A DNA stretch of 63,822 bases, counting the filler, from Octopus bimaculoides (Eukaryota), in assembly GCF_001194135.2 (NCBI RefSeq). It is 5 parts of 5 records of this genome, joined end to end, with 100 filler letters (N's around TTAATTAATTAA, not from the genome) between each part and the next. Parts side by side here need not be neighbours in the genome. Positions count along the whole stretch, not along the records: positions 1 to 29,508 come from NC_068984.1; 4 more parts are not named here. One strand, given 5' to 3'. The notes beneath the pieces were generated by a model that was not told the DNA's origin, did no database searches, and saw only the letters and a list, made by a program, of their open reading frames with translations. Below, piece after piece: positions 13,329-25,936 of the stretch. The position numbers and the translations under genes were made by a program. Each line of letters begins with the position of its first letter. Position 1 is the stretch's first letter.

Positions 13329-13512
13329 AAACGGCGAGCTGGCAGAAATGTTAGTACGCTGGGTGAAATGCTTCGCGGTATTTCGTCTGTCTCTACGTTC
13401 TGAGTCCAAATTTCGCCGATGTCGACTTTGCCTTTCATCCTTTGGGGGTTGATAAATTAAGTACCAGTTGCGTACTTACAAAATTTCGGGCCTTGTGCAT
13501 AGAGAAGAAAAG
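13329..13512 (+). mobile_element. tRNA-derived SINE, family A (internally deleted)
   Basis: GGCGAGCTGGCAGAA head, GAGTCCAAATT B-box-like motif, and GGGCCTTGTGC tail shared with other family A copies. Confidence 0.85.
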
Positions 13513-13830
13513 TATATATAAAGCTAAGACATCAAAACATACAGACATCACAATATACAAATTTTGTTTAATAAACGTTAACTGCATATTTTTCTAACGG
13601 CGAATATTCTGAATTTTTCTGTATAAAATGTATTACAGTTTTCATTTATGAAAATATGCATATATACATATACATTTCAAACCTTCCAGATATACACACG
13701 CTGTGCAGTGCATTATTCATTACTGAACATAATTTAGACGTTCCTTCACTGAGTCTCATTTTGAGGGGAATACGCTTGTAATGGCACATCTTTGCACATA
13801 CCCATATCTATTCTGTTATACATGTGTGTT

Positions 13831-14042
13831 AAGGTGGCGAGCTGGCAGAATCGTTACCATACCGGAAAAAATGCTTAGCGGCATTTCGTCTGTCTTTACG
13901 TTCTGAGTTCAAATTCCGCCGACTTTGCCTTTAATCCTATCGGTGTCGATAAACTACGTACAAGTCATGAACGAGGGTCACTGTGATTGAATTACCCCCT
14001 ACCCACAAATTTCAGTCCTTGTGCCTAGAGTAGAAAAGATTA
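13831..14042 (+). mobile_element. tRNA-derived SINE, family A
   Basis: AAGGTGGCGAGCTGGCAGAATCGTTA...GAGTTCAAATTCCGCC...CCTTGTGCCTAGAGTAGAAAAGATT. Confidence 0.85.
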
Positions 14043-14689
14043 TACCAGTGTGGTGGTCCCGCTAAAAGGGTGACTTCTCATTTTAGGTATAAGTGTATCT
14101 AGTTAGGGTGAATTAGAGGAGTCGCCATAACGTCCAGTAAAGTGGCTTCTCGTATTTTATTTCAGTGCCATAGGCCTTGAGTTCAAATCCCATCAAGGTC
14201 AGTTTCGCCTTTCATTATTCTAGGGATCAATAAAGAAAGTTCTAGCCAAATACTGAGATCGATTCTTTTTCCTCTCCTTTCTTTTCCTTTATTTCTCCCT
14301 TATTTTCATTCTCTGTATAGGAATCCGTTAAATTATCCTGTGAGAAGTGTTGTGCGAAGTGACTCAACTAGTTTATTTCTCGAGAAATCGAAAAGAGGTG
14401 AGCGAGGGGCGACAAATCTCTCCTCAGAAAAAAAAAAAACTGATATGCTACCGAACTGTTCAAGAACGGACTGCTTGATAGCGCCGTATGGAACGGAAAT
14501 TTAGAGGGTTACATCTCGTAATATGGTTTTACTTGTTGAAGAATCTAGATCTTAATTTTAACGAAATTTAGCTATTAGATTTACCGGATCGAATGAGCAT
14601 AAAGGTCTCTCATTGAAGAGACCTGACAGTCTGCGTATATATATATGTTGGGGCACTGCATTGAAGAATTTTTAGTCAAATAAATTGAG

Positions 14690-15127
14690 GTCAATACTTA
14701 TTATATCGGTCTTTGTTGTCGAACTGCGAATTTATGGGAAGATAAACATACCAACACCGGTTGTCCAGCAGTGGTAGGGAACAAGCACAGACACACACAC
14801 ATTCTCACACATACACACACAAATTCACACACGCACACACATATACACCTACGCACACGCACGCGCGCGCTCACACACACACACACACAGTCACACACAG
14901 TCACACACAGTCACACACACACACTCATACACAGACACACGCACGCGCGCACACACACACATACACGACGGGCTTCTTTCAATTTCCGTCGGCCAAATCC
15001 ACTCAAAGCTTTGGTCGCCCCAACACTATAGTAGAAGACACCTGCCCAGGGTGCTACGCAGTGGGACTGAACTTGGAACGATGAGACTGTAAAGCAAGCT
15101 TCTTAAGCACATAGCCACGCCTGCGCC

Positions 15128-15128
<1 letters not shown>
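14690..15128 (-). mobile_element. tRNA-derived SINE, family B, with expanded internal (TG)n tract
   Basis: Head, body and tail match 53985-54302, and the (CA)n lies at the same internal position. Confidence 0.85.
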
Positions 15129-15162
<34 letters not shown>

Positions 15163-15208
15163 GCACACACACAACCATATACACAAACACAAGTACATTT
15201 AAATCCAT

Positions 15209-15215
15209 CTATCTG

Positions 15216-15298
<83 letters not shown>
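15209..15298. repeat. (ATCT)n microsatellite
   Basis: Direct reading. Similar tracts at about 6683-6725, 12899-13010 and 31060-31160. Confidence 0.95.
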
Positions 15299-15300
<2 letters not shown>

Positions 15301-16330
15301 GACAAATGTGTTCCGTCCAATTATTGCTTGTTGCCGCTCTCGCACCAATTCAGCAATATCTTAATATCTTTATACAAACAAACTTTCAGCCGGCATTTGG
15401 ACATCCATCCTCTTCTTCATTCACGAATTCTATTTATNNNNNNNNNNNNNNNNNNNNNNNNNNNNNNNNNNNNNNNNNNNNNNNNNNNNNNNNNNNNNNN
15501 NNNNNNNNNNNNNNNNNNNNNNNNNNNNNNNNNNNNNNNNNNNNNNNNNNNNNNNNNNNNNNNNNNNNNNNNNNNNNNNNNNNNNNNNNNNNNNNNNNNN
15601 NNNNNNNNNNNNNNNNNNNNNNNNNNNNNNNNNNNNNNNNNNNNNNNNNNNNNNNNNNNNNNNNNNNNNNNNNNNNNNNNNNNNNNNNNNNNNNNNNNNN
15701 NNNNNNNNNNNNNNNNNNNNNNNNNNNNNNNNNNNNNNNNNNNNNNNNNNNNNNNNNNNNNNNNNNNNNNNNNNNNNNNNNNNNNNNNNNNNNNNNNNNN
15801 NNNNNNNNNNNNNNNNNNNNNNNNNNNNNNNNNNNNNNNNNNNNNNNNNNNNNNNNNNNNNNNNNNNNNNNNNNNNNNNNNNNNNNNNNNNNNNNNNNNN
15901 NNNNNNNNNNNNNNNNNNNNNNNNNNNNNNNNNNNNNNNNNNNNNNNNNNNNNNNNNNNNNNNNNNNNNNNNNNNNNNNNNNNNNNNNNNNNNNNNNNNN
16001 NNNNNNNNNNNNNNNNNNNNNNNNNNNNNNNNNNNNNNNNNNNNNNNNNNNNNNNNNNNNNNNNNNNNNNNNNNNNNNNNNNNNNNNNNNNNNNNNNNNN
16101 NNNNNNNNNNNNNNNNNNNNNNNNNNNNNNNNNNNNNNNNNNNNNNNNNNNNNNNNNNNNNNNNNNNNNNNNNNNNNNNNNNNNNNNNNNNNNNNNNNNN
16201 NNNNNNNNNNNNNNNNNNNNNNNNNNNNNNNNNNNNNNNNNNNNNNNNNNNNNNNNNNNNNNNNNNNNNNNNNNNNNNNNNNNNNNNNNNNNNNNNNNNN
16301 NNNNNNNNNNNNNNNNNNNNNNNNNNNNNN

Positions 16331-16960
16331 CTTTGTATTTTGAAAGTTTCTCCATTTCTTTTAGAGAAACGTTATCATCTGATGATATTGATACATCAAT
16401 TAGAAAGCATTTTTTTCCTTCATGATATCTGACAACTATATCTGGCCTATTGGTCTTAATTTCTCTATCTGTGTATATTGGCATACCCCATAGTATTGCT
16501 GTTTTCTAATTTTCTGTGACCTTTTCTGGCGAGTGCCCATACCATCTTTTTTCTGTTGTTATTCCATAGTGTCGGCATAGTTTCCAGTGTATGTAGGTCC
16601 CAACTCTGTCATATCTGTGAGTATATTCCTTCTTAGCCAGGACTGGGCAGCCAGAGACAATATGATTTATTGTTTCTTGTCCACCTCCACATATTCTGCA
16701 GTTATTTGTTGTTTCTTTTCATTATATGTTTTTGGTAATTTCTGGGGGAAGGCTTTGTTCTTGTACTGCAATTAAAAATCCTTCAGTCTCTGCTTTGAGT
16801 CCTGAGTTTCTCAGCCATTGTTGGAATTTTGCTTTGTCTATTTCTTTTGCGTTTAGTTTAACCCAGTATTTGCCATGAAAGGGCTTTTCTTGTCATCACT
16901 TTATCATGATCCGTTGCTGTTCTAGTTTTAGTTTGGATTTCATGTTTTACAGCTTTTGTT
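16331..16960 (-). mobile_element. 5'-truncated R4/Dong-like retrotransposon: CCHC knuckle plus RLE endonuclease, running into an N gap
   Basis: QWLRNSGLKAETEGFLIAVQEQSL...NNCRICGGGQETINHIVSGCPVLAKKEY...WGMPIYTDREIKTNRPDIVV...KKCFLIDVSISSDDNVSLKEMEKLSKYK. Confidence 0.9.
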
Positions 16961-16983
16961 TTATTATTATTATTATTATTATA

Positions 16984-17076
<93 letters not shown>
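16961..17076. repeat. (TTA)n microsatellite between the RLE retroposon and a SINE
   Basis: Direct reading. Confidence 0.95.
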
Positions 17077-17077
<1 letters not shown>

Positions 17078-17088
17078 CTATCATTACT

Positions 17089-17310
17089 AAGGCGGTGCGC
17101 TGACAGAAACGTTAGCGTATCGGGAAAAGTGCTTAGCGACACTTCGTCCGTCCTTACGTTCTGAGTTCAAATTCTGCCGAGGTCGACTTTGCCTTTCATC
17201 TTTGGGGGTCGATAAATTAAGTACCAATGAAATACCAGGGTCGATGTAATCGACTCATTTGCTTCCCCAATATTTCAGACCATGTGACTTTAGTAGAGAG
17301 GATATTATTA
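17089..17310 (+). mobile_element. tRNA-derived SINE, family A, flanked by (TTA)/(TTG) repeats
   Basis: AAGGCGGTGCGCTGACAGAAACGTTAGC...GAGTTCAAATTCTGCCGAGGTCGACTTTGCC...GTAGAGAGGATATTATT. Confidence 0.85.
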
Positions 17311-18056
17311 TTATTGTTGTTGTTGTTGTTGTTGTTGCTGTTGTTGTTGTTGTTGTTGTTATTGTTGTTGTTGGTGGTGGTGGTAGTGTTGATTTTGTTG
17401 TTGTTGTTAACAACATTATTAGCAGCCTTTCTTCGGGCTTTATGTTCTGAGTTACAATGCCGCCGAGGTTAACGTTGCGTTTCGAATGAGATACGTCAAT
17501 GACTTGCACATTTATTTTATATTTTGATATTTTAAAGTTTTGATCCTCTTTTCAGGAAAAGTATATCGGAGATTTTCTGTCGCGAAGTAGCTTTTCTGCT
17601 CTTTAGTCAATCATCTGCATGCAGCTCGGTTCCGTTATTAATACGAGATTTTGCCATGCTAAAGATTATTACTTCTTTTATTCTTAAGTTCCAAATGTTT
17701 TGTTCTGTGGCGTCAATGGAGACCCAGATGCCTTCAGTATAGTATTTACGCAACTCTGTTTTTGACAGAAGTATCAGTACAGAGGTTTTCATTAACCCGA
17801 ATGTGCACTAATTACACTTATCCTTTGTGATTTTATACACCATATAGAACCGCAAACATCTTCTCTCATTGTTGATTTGGTAGTTGGGCAATGTGCATAT
17901 GGCGTTGTTGTGCGTAGGTCGATTTTTTAGTTATGAACTCGGTAAATAAGCAAAACGAATAACTGAATATATAAAATCTGGTTATCAAACGTCATTATCA
18001 TATATTTTTTTCATTTCTCAATAACATCATTTAGTTAACTAGATTGCAGTTATTAA

Positions 18057-18317
18057 CCCATTACCTCCCATACTTCTATCAACTGGAATTTTTTAAATGA
18101 AACTTTGATTTCTAGCATAAAACAGCCTTAGAAACACACTGGAATGATCAAAATAACATTTCAAAATAACACTTTAAATAGAAATAAGCGAGATATTGGG
18201 TGAAAAATTAGCAAACCTCATTTGAATATCAGAGAAATATACCTAGTAGATATAGCAAAAAGGTTAGATATGTGTAAATATTAACAGATAATTATGAGAT
18301 GACTGGTAGGTAATGGG
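18057..18317. mobile_element. piggyBac-type MITE (261 bp)
   Basis: TTAA on both sides (18053-18056 and 18318-18321). 14-bp TIRs CCCATTACCTCCCA and TGGTAGGTAATGGG (13/14 match) with CCC...GGG termini. Confidence 0.75.
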
Positions 18318-19044
18318 TTAAGAAATGTTGGCTTAAATATTTTATTCATTAGATTTGGTATTTTAAAATTTACTTGAATAAAAAGTTGTAAAAAGAATCG
18401 ATGAAGCACCATGTTACTTAACTTGCAGCGTTTCTATTTTAAGTTCAAATCCTATCCAAATCAACTATGAAGTTCATCTGTCTAAGTTTCGATTAAATAT
18501 GTACCAGCTAAATACTAAAATGTATTTAAAGAAATATTTCCGCCATCAGACATTTATTTATTATTTACATAAAAGTGATACATGCAGCGAAGCATGAGCT
18601 TCAAAGAGATTTATTCAATGAGTTACTTACAAAGACCAATGTTGATACGACTGTGTGATTAAGTTACTAGTTTTATAGTCAAACGGTTCAATTCTAAATT
18701 CCGACCAGGAAAATCTGGACTTTTGATATGGAATAAATCATACTTTGAAATAGAATAAATCATAAAGATTTGCAACAAATACTTGTTGAAATAACTTTAC
18801 TGGAGCACACTATTTAACAATCATTAACTTCCACTCAACTCGCAGTTTTGTTTATTAACGAAGCTGGCTACAGTCGGTTATATAACTTTAAATTTTAGTT
18901 ATGACCGCAAATTTCCGGGTCAATATAATTCTTTCTATTAAAGACACAAGGTCTGAAATATTGTGTGTAGGTTGGTCTTTAGCTATGAACTTGGTGAATA
19001 AGGGAAACGAATAAGAGAATATTTAAAATCTGGTTATTACAATA

Positions 19045-19195
19045 ACCAGTGCATAACTGGTACTTGTTTCGTTGACCCCGAAATGATAAAAAAACCAAGT
19101 CGATCTGAGTAAAATTTGAACTCGGAACATAAAGACGGGCGAAATGCCGCTTAGTATTTTGTCGGGTGTGTTAACTATTCTGCCAGCTCGCTGTC
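19045..19195 (-). mobile_element. tRNA-derived SINE, family A (3'-truncated)
   Basis: Reverse-complement match to the family A head and body. Confidence 0.75.
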
Positions 19196-20485
19196 ACTAT
19201 AATAAGCTCAGAGAAAGTACTGAGGTCGATATAATCGACAAAATGCCCTTGGAGATAATACTCCAGAATGGACACAATCCAGTGATGGGGCCAGTAAAAT
19301 AATAATAGAATAAATGACGTTATGTTTGTCTACACAAAACCAAAGTATGCCACGGAAAGCGAAGAATGATTTATCTTCGCAAGCTAGTCCAAGCCATAAA
19401 GGGTATACAGACAGAATTAAACGTATGCAAATTACAGCAGAGGAAGCTACCCGACAAAAAGTATCAACAGGAATCGAATGAAGTGATTTAGAAGCAATGA
19501 CAGACAAGGATTAAAAAAGGCATATCTTATGACGGCAAACTGAAGGCTTAAACATGTCAGTAGAAAAACTGTCTCGGAACAAACCACATCAAAAACGCGA
19601 GTTGATAAAATACCTGATAATAAATACAAGTTGTATGGCAATGTAGATGAAGCAATTTACTATTTTGTTTGCAAATGTTGTAAAATGGCTGAAAGCGATT
19701 ATAAAAATGACATTTATTGGATAGATGAAGAACATTCATTAGGAAGTGGGTAAGAGGTATAGTATGAAAGTGAATAAGAAATTTGTTTGAACACCAACCG
19801 GAAACAATAATGGAAAATGTCCATAATAAAATTCTACGCGATTTTTCTGTGCAAACAATTTTCTCAACGACCAGATTGAATAATGATCAATAAAAAAAAT
19901 AATACAATTCAGTTAATTCCTTATGACAACACGGTTGTCCTGAAAGAGAGCTGATCGATATATAACGGAATCTGGGAAGGAAGCTATAAAATTATTTAAG
20001 TATCTATAATACCTATCGTTATAGGAATGACTGAAATTGAAAAAAAACAACAAAAAACAAAAAACAAAAAAACAAACAAACAAACAAAAAAACAAAAAAA
20101 AAACAAATCAGAAATAGCTACAGAAAGGAAAAAATAAAAGCAAAAACAAAAACAAAAACCGAAAAAGACTTGAACAAGAATTGTATTAAAGATGAGGTCG
20201 TTGAATTGCAAAAAAAGTCATTAACTTTGTAACAATCTTCAAAACATGTCTTGTATTTTGACGAGTTGGTGACATCATTAACACTATCATTTCGTCACCG
20301 TTGATAAATCTGTGATATGTTAAGTCAAAAGAAAGATAATACTTTAATAATCTTTAAAAATTGCATACGTACAATCCATGACAGTAGCAGATACGAAAAT
20401 AAAAAGATTTTGCAGAAAAGGACTGGTGCATCTAGATAAGTATAGATTTAGATATATGGATATACAGAGAAAGAGAGAGAAGGAG

Positions 20486-20543
<58 letters not shown>

Positions 20544-21324
20544 AGGTTCAAATGAATGTCTGTTGCAGATCTATCTCCTCCTGCTTGTTATGCCTTAAAA
20601 ATTCCAATGCGTTATGTCTGAGAATTTGTCGAACCACTATATTACGGGGGATATAAACACGCCAATACTGGTTGTTGTTAAGCGGTGGGGTGCGCACAAA
20701 GACAGACACGAAAACACACACACACATCGATACATACATATATGCAAGCATACACACACACACTCGGCTCACATATGTATATATGCATGAGTGTGTATGA
20801 TATTTTACCCGTGGTTTCCAACAAACCAGAGAGTACTCAATACGTACGTAGATTATTCTTAAACATTTCTAGTAGTAAAATTTCTCTTTACAGTTCCATG
20901 ACTTTAAGAATCACACCGCTGTCTCTCAGTCTTACCGGTTGCTCATATAACATTGCCTCAGTACTAAGTATTATCAAAGATTTGTTTCTTGAATAACATT
21001 ATCTGTTTATGATGCACCTGAAAATTTAACTGTTCAGTTTAACCACATGTAATTGTCGTTGCGGAACGCTTTTCTCTATAACTAAAAATGTCTGATGCAT
21101 AAAAAAAAAATAAGCTTTCATTCAACAGGTTTCCTCCAAGTATTTTCCGCTATCATTTTTTAAAAATCATAACCTCATTCGGATCGATTTTTTGATTTAC
21201 AGCCATATATATGCTAGATTTAAAATGAAAGAAAATGACTCCGAGAATGCAAAAAATAGACTTGGCTGTCCTGAACAAGAGAAACTAATAAGCAAATACT
21301 TACAAGTAGTTTAGTGAGCGTCAG

Positions 21325-21395
21325 TATTCTTTTATTGTTTCATTTGTTTCAGTCATTTGACTGCGGCCATGCTGGAGCACAGCCTTTAGTCGATA
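21325..21395 (-). mobile_element. 3' tail fragment of SINE family B
   Basis: TGTTTCAGTCATTTGACTGCGGCCATGCTGGAGCAC; a related fragment is at about 8440-8520. Family assignment rests partly on recalled consensus. Confidence 0.55.
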
Positions 21396-21627
21396 AATTT
21401 CTTTTCATTTCTCAATAACATCATTTAGTTCACTGATGAATTTTTGCAGTAGAACATAAGACGTTTCTTGGTTTATGTTTTGAAATGTGTTATCAACTTT
21501 CAATTACTTTTACATGTATAATTTGTGTATGTAGAAATGTTATGTTTTCTATCTTGCTACCTTCATACGTTAACTGAGCGACGTTGTTGAAAAATGGAAA
21601 CAGAAATCTATAACAGTTCTTTCTAAA

Positions 21628-21808
21628 TTTGGCAGAAAGCCAGCAATTTATGAGGGAATGGGGAAGTGGATTACATCGATATCAGTGCTCAACTGGTACT
21701 TATTTTATCAACCCCGAAAGTGTGAAAGTCAAAGTTGACTTTAGCGGCATTTGAACTCAGAACGCAATGAACTATTTTGTATAACGATTCTGTCAGTTCA
21801 CCGCCTTA
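21628..21808 (-). mobile_element. tRNA-derived SINE, family A (diverged)
   Basis: Reverse-complement match including TTTGAACTCAGAACG and CAGTTCACCGCCTT. Confidence 0.7.
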
Positions 21809-22347
21809 CAAAAGTATATAATGATCACATTTGGTAACCTTCTTTAAATGTTTACTTATTCGTTTCACATACTTTGGATAGCCAAGATTATTTTTATGCA
21901 TTCCCGACTCCGTGTATTCACCCTCAAACATGTATTGCTCCATTCCTCTGAGATCTCTTTTTCGCCGTGACGACAAATAACACTAAAGCCTGTCCGAAGC
22001 TGTCACTATTATATCTAAAGATTTGAATCTCCACACAGTGCATTTCATATTTAATTGAATTGTATATATTAAAATTTCAGGATTATTTCATCATTTTTGA
22101 CCAGAAATGAATTACTTATTTAAAAAATTATTATTGTCATTCCTTACAGTATCAATTTAATTAATTCAGATTTCACATTTTTGTTTAATATACCACATAT
22201 GCTAGCGTCAAGTTATACTGTTTAAGAACAGTGAGTAAAATTCTTAGGTCTTTATACAATTTATAATTGCTTTCACCGTCACGAAACTTAAAACGATGTG
22301 CAACGCTAAATACTGTGTTTGTTTTTTCTTTTGAACATACACACGCA

Positions 22348-22471
<124 letters not shown>

Positions 22472-22904
22472 TATGCGTGTGTATTCATGTATACCTCTAT
22501 ATGTTTGTAAATATGTAACTACATGAGAATTGTTTTCGATTTTTTCCTTCCATCTTTCTTTTCTCTTGGACTTTCCTCTGTCTCCTGTTTCTGAAGAAGA
22601 GCTTTGCTCGAAACGTAAAAACCACGTTTTTTCCTTCCCTGGACGTCTGTTCAAACATTGCATGTACCACGTCCTCGCGTTGGTGCTTTATTCTTCCTGG
22701 CGTGTTTTTTCTTCGTTTCTGAGATTATATATATAAGCTTTATCACAACATACTTCACACTCTTTTAATCTCCACCCTCTCAACTCTTTACCCTCTCATC
22801 TCTTCCTCTATCTATCCCCTCACATCTCCCTTCCTTCTATCATTTTATCCTGACCACTAGCTGGCACACCTTCTCTTTCTTCATTTGTTTATTGTCTCTC
22901 TCCT

Positions 22905-22992
22905 TTTTATTGTCTCTTCCTTTTTGTCTCTTCCTTTTTGTCTCTTCCTTTTTGTCTCTTCCTTTTTGTCTCTTCCTTTTTCTCTCTTCCTC
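22905..22992. repeat. 15-bp minisatellite (TTGTCTCTTCCTTTT), about 5-6 copies
   Basis: Direct reading. Confidence 0.9.
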
Positions 22993-22994
22993 TT

Positions 22995-23395
22995 TTTGAT
23001 TTGACCTTACAAACACATTCCCAACTTTTAAGTCATTTCAAAAATACCTTCGATCGAATAACACCGTTTACAAGACTCTATGCTTGGAATTACCAATTAT
23101 TATACACACCATTGGAACTTACACACAAGGTACAGGAAACTTATACACACACCATTCTGTTTAAATAATGAAACTGCAGATACAGTATTCTTACGTATCT
23201 CACGTCTGTTTTTATTACTCCACTTCATTCTGTATTTCATATCTTCTCTATAATAACTATTACTTAAACATTTTCTCGCATCGTCTCTGATGAAGGGATA
23301 TATAAAATATCCCGGAAACAGCGGTAAGACCTCATTTTAAATGTTCTGAAAACTATTCACAGCGTTGGATTTTTTAACTCATTCTGTTAATTCAT
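22995..23395 (+). mobile_element. Probable 3' end of a Penelope-like element
   Basis: Weak resemblance of ...SHFKNTFDRITPF...YQLLYTPLELTHKVQETY to the C-terminus of PLE GIY-YIG endonucleases, followed by a hammerhead motif as established for PLE terminal repeats. Confidence 0.45.
23283..23330 (+). ncRNA. Minimal type I hammerhead ribozyme motif (possibly inactivated)
   Basis: GUCU-CUGAUGA-A-GGGAUAU(AUAAA)AUAUCCC-G-GAAA-C(AGCG)GUA-AGAC: full core, 4-bp stem I, 7-bp stem II, minimal stem III, GUA cleavage triplet. Confidence 0.7.
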
Positions 23396-23904
23396 ATATA
23401 TATATATANNNNNNNNNNNNNNNNNNNNNNNNNNNNNNNNNNNNNNNNNNNNNNNNNNNNNNNNNNNNNNNNNNNNNNNNNNNNNNNNNNNNNNNNNNNN
23501 NNNNNNNNNNNNNNNNNNNNNNNNNNNNNNNNNNNNNNNNNNNNNNNNNNNNNNNNNNNNNNNNNNNNNNNNNNNNNNNNNNNNNNNNNNNNNNNNNNNN
23601 NNNNNNNNNNNNNNNNNNNNNNNNNNNNNNNNNNNNNNNNNNNNNNNNNNNNNNNNNNNNNNNNNNNNNNNNNNNNNNNNNNNNNNNNNNNNNNNNNNNN
23701 NNNNNNNNNNNNNNNNNNNNNNNNNNNNNNNNNNNNNNNNNNNNNNNNNNNNNNNNNAGTATTCAATGGATCTCTGACTGTTTAGATTTCTTGGTTTCTG
23801 GCATTGAAGGCAAAATCTGTGTACGGTACAGTATTTTAAATGTAGGATTGTCTGTATCATGCGCAAAGTTTTTCTCCTTTTTTAATCAATGGTTTATATG
23901 GCAT

Positions 23905-24581
23905 TAGTGGTAATGCTAAACATGATGCTGCTGATGATGATGAAGGTATTGGTGGTAATGATGATGATGAAGATAGTGGTGAAGATAGTGGTGAAGACAG
24001 CGACGACGACGATGATGATGGTGGCAATGATGATTATGAAGATGATGATTATGAAGATGATGATGGGAATAATGATAATGATGATGATGGTAGTGAGGGT
24101 TTGGGTGGTGGGGATAACGATGATGAACATGATGCAGCGAAGGGAAGGTGAGGATAATGACGATGATGTTGATGACAATGATGACAATGATGACAATGAT
24201 GAAGATGATGACAACGATGATGAAAATGATGATGATGTTGATGATGACGACGATGACGATGGCAGTAGTGGTGAAGATGATGAGGATAATGGTAGCGATG
24301 ATGATGGTGGTAATGATGACGATGATGATGATGATGGTGAGGTAACATTGTTTAAGGTAACGATGATGATATCATAATGAAGATGGCGGAGGTTAATGAT
24401 GATGCTAGTGATGGTGTTGATGATACTGATGATGACAATGGTGAAATAAGATGCTGTTATTGTTGTTGTTGTTGATGACGAAGACGTCAACTACGACGAC
24501 GACGTCGATGATGATGATGATGATGACAATGACTTCCTCGTTGATGACGACGGCGATGATGATAAAGATGCTGACGGTAAC

Positions 24582-24612
<31 letters not shown>

Positions 24613-25028
24613 ATGCAAATGAGAACAGTTTTGGTTGTGGTGATGAGGCTCATGGTGAATAAGAAGATGACGATGATAATGATGATGGTAATGAGGCGGA
24701 GGAGAAGGGGGAGGATGCTGATGCCGACGTCGAAGACGAAATCATTGGTGTCGAAGATATGAAAGACGAAACTATATTAAAGAATGTGAAGAAGTAGAAA
24801 AATAGAAACAAACAAAGAATGAATAAATAAACAAATAATTCAATAAATATATAAATGAATAAATAAATAAAAGTGATGACGAGAAGGATGAGTAGAAGAA
24901 GTAATGGTGGGAATAATGACAGAAATTAATATTATTGGCATCAATAATAATGATGATGTTGATGAGGATGATGATGTTGATGAGGATGATGATGTTGATG
25001 AGGATGATGATGTTAATAAAATAATACT

Positions 25029-25069
<41 letters not shown>

Positions 25070-25079
25070 NNNNNNNNNN

Positions 25080-25113
<34 letters not shown>

Positions 25114-25121
25114 AATAATAA

Positions 25122-25152
<31 letters not shown>

Positions 25153-25165
25153 AATAAATATGGAC
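23905..25165. repeat. Long degenerate (GAT/GAC/GGT)n and (AAT)n trinucleotide field
   Basis: Direct reading. Includes about 3 copies of an 18-mer GATGATGTTGATGAGGAT near 24950-25010. Confidence 0.9.
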
Positions 25166-25229
25166 AATGAAAACTTTACGATCGGAAATGTGATCAAAAG
25201 CAAAAACTTTTTAAAAACGGACGAAAAAT

Positions 25230-25286
<57 letters not shown>

Positions 25287-25815
25287 CCACACACTCCCAT
25301 GCACTCACACACACATACATATATATATATATGTATATGTATATATATACATATACACACATATATATATATATGTATACACACGCACACACACACACAC
25401 ACACACACGCACACACATATATATATGCATACATACATACATACATACATACATACATACATACATAAACACATACATTAACACATACAAAATCCTTAGG
25501 ATACCAGCAACAAACAAAATTTATAAAAAAAAATGTTTACAATAATCGTGATAATGGTAAAAGTAGCACTTTCAGCACCTCCAGAAGCAGCAGCATCACC
25601 AACAGCTGTAGCAGCCCAGAACCACACCAACGGGAACAGCAGCTGCGGCAGCACCAGCAGCAAGTCAAAATGAGGAAGAAGAAATCTGGCGAATTTTTGT
25701 AGAGTGTATCTTAATTAAAAAGTTATATTAAATGGGAAATGGCGTTATTGGTTGAGCTGCCTGGAACTGGCAGAAATGTCAGCCACTATCTGATGTATCA
25801 ACATTGCTTGCTTCC

Positions 25816-25870
<55 letters not shown>

Positions 25871-25903
25871 CATTATTATTATTATTATTATTANNNNNNN
25901 NNN

Positions 25904-25936
<33 letters not shown>

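Noticed and set aside
19345-19720. MPRKAKNDLSSQ... resembling a Helitron N-terminus
   Set aside because: Similarity too short and too general to support.
23889-24490. Poly-Asp/Met/Ser/His ORFs
   Set aside because: Open in several frames because of the trinucleotide repeat; no domain or splice evidence.
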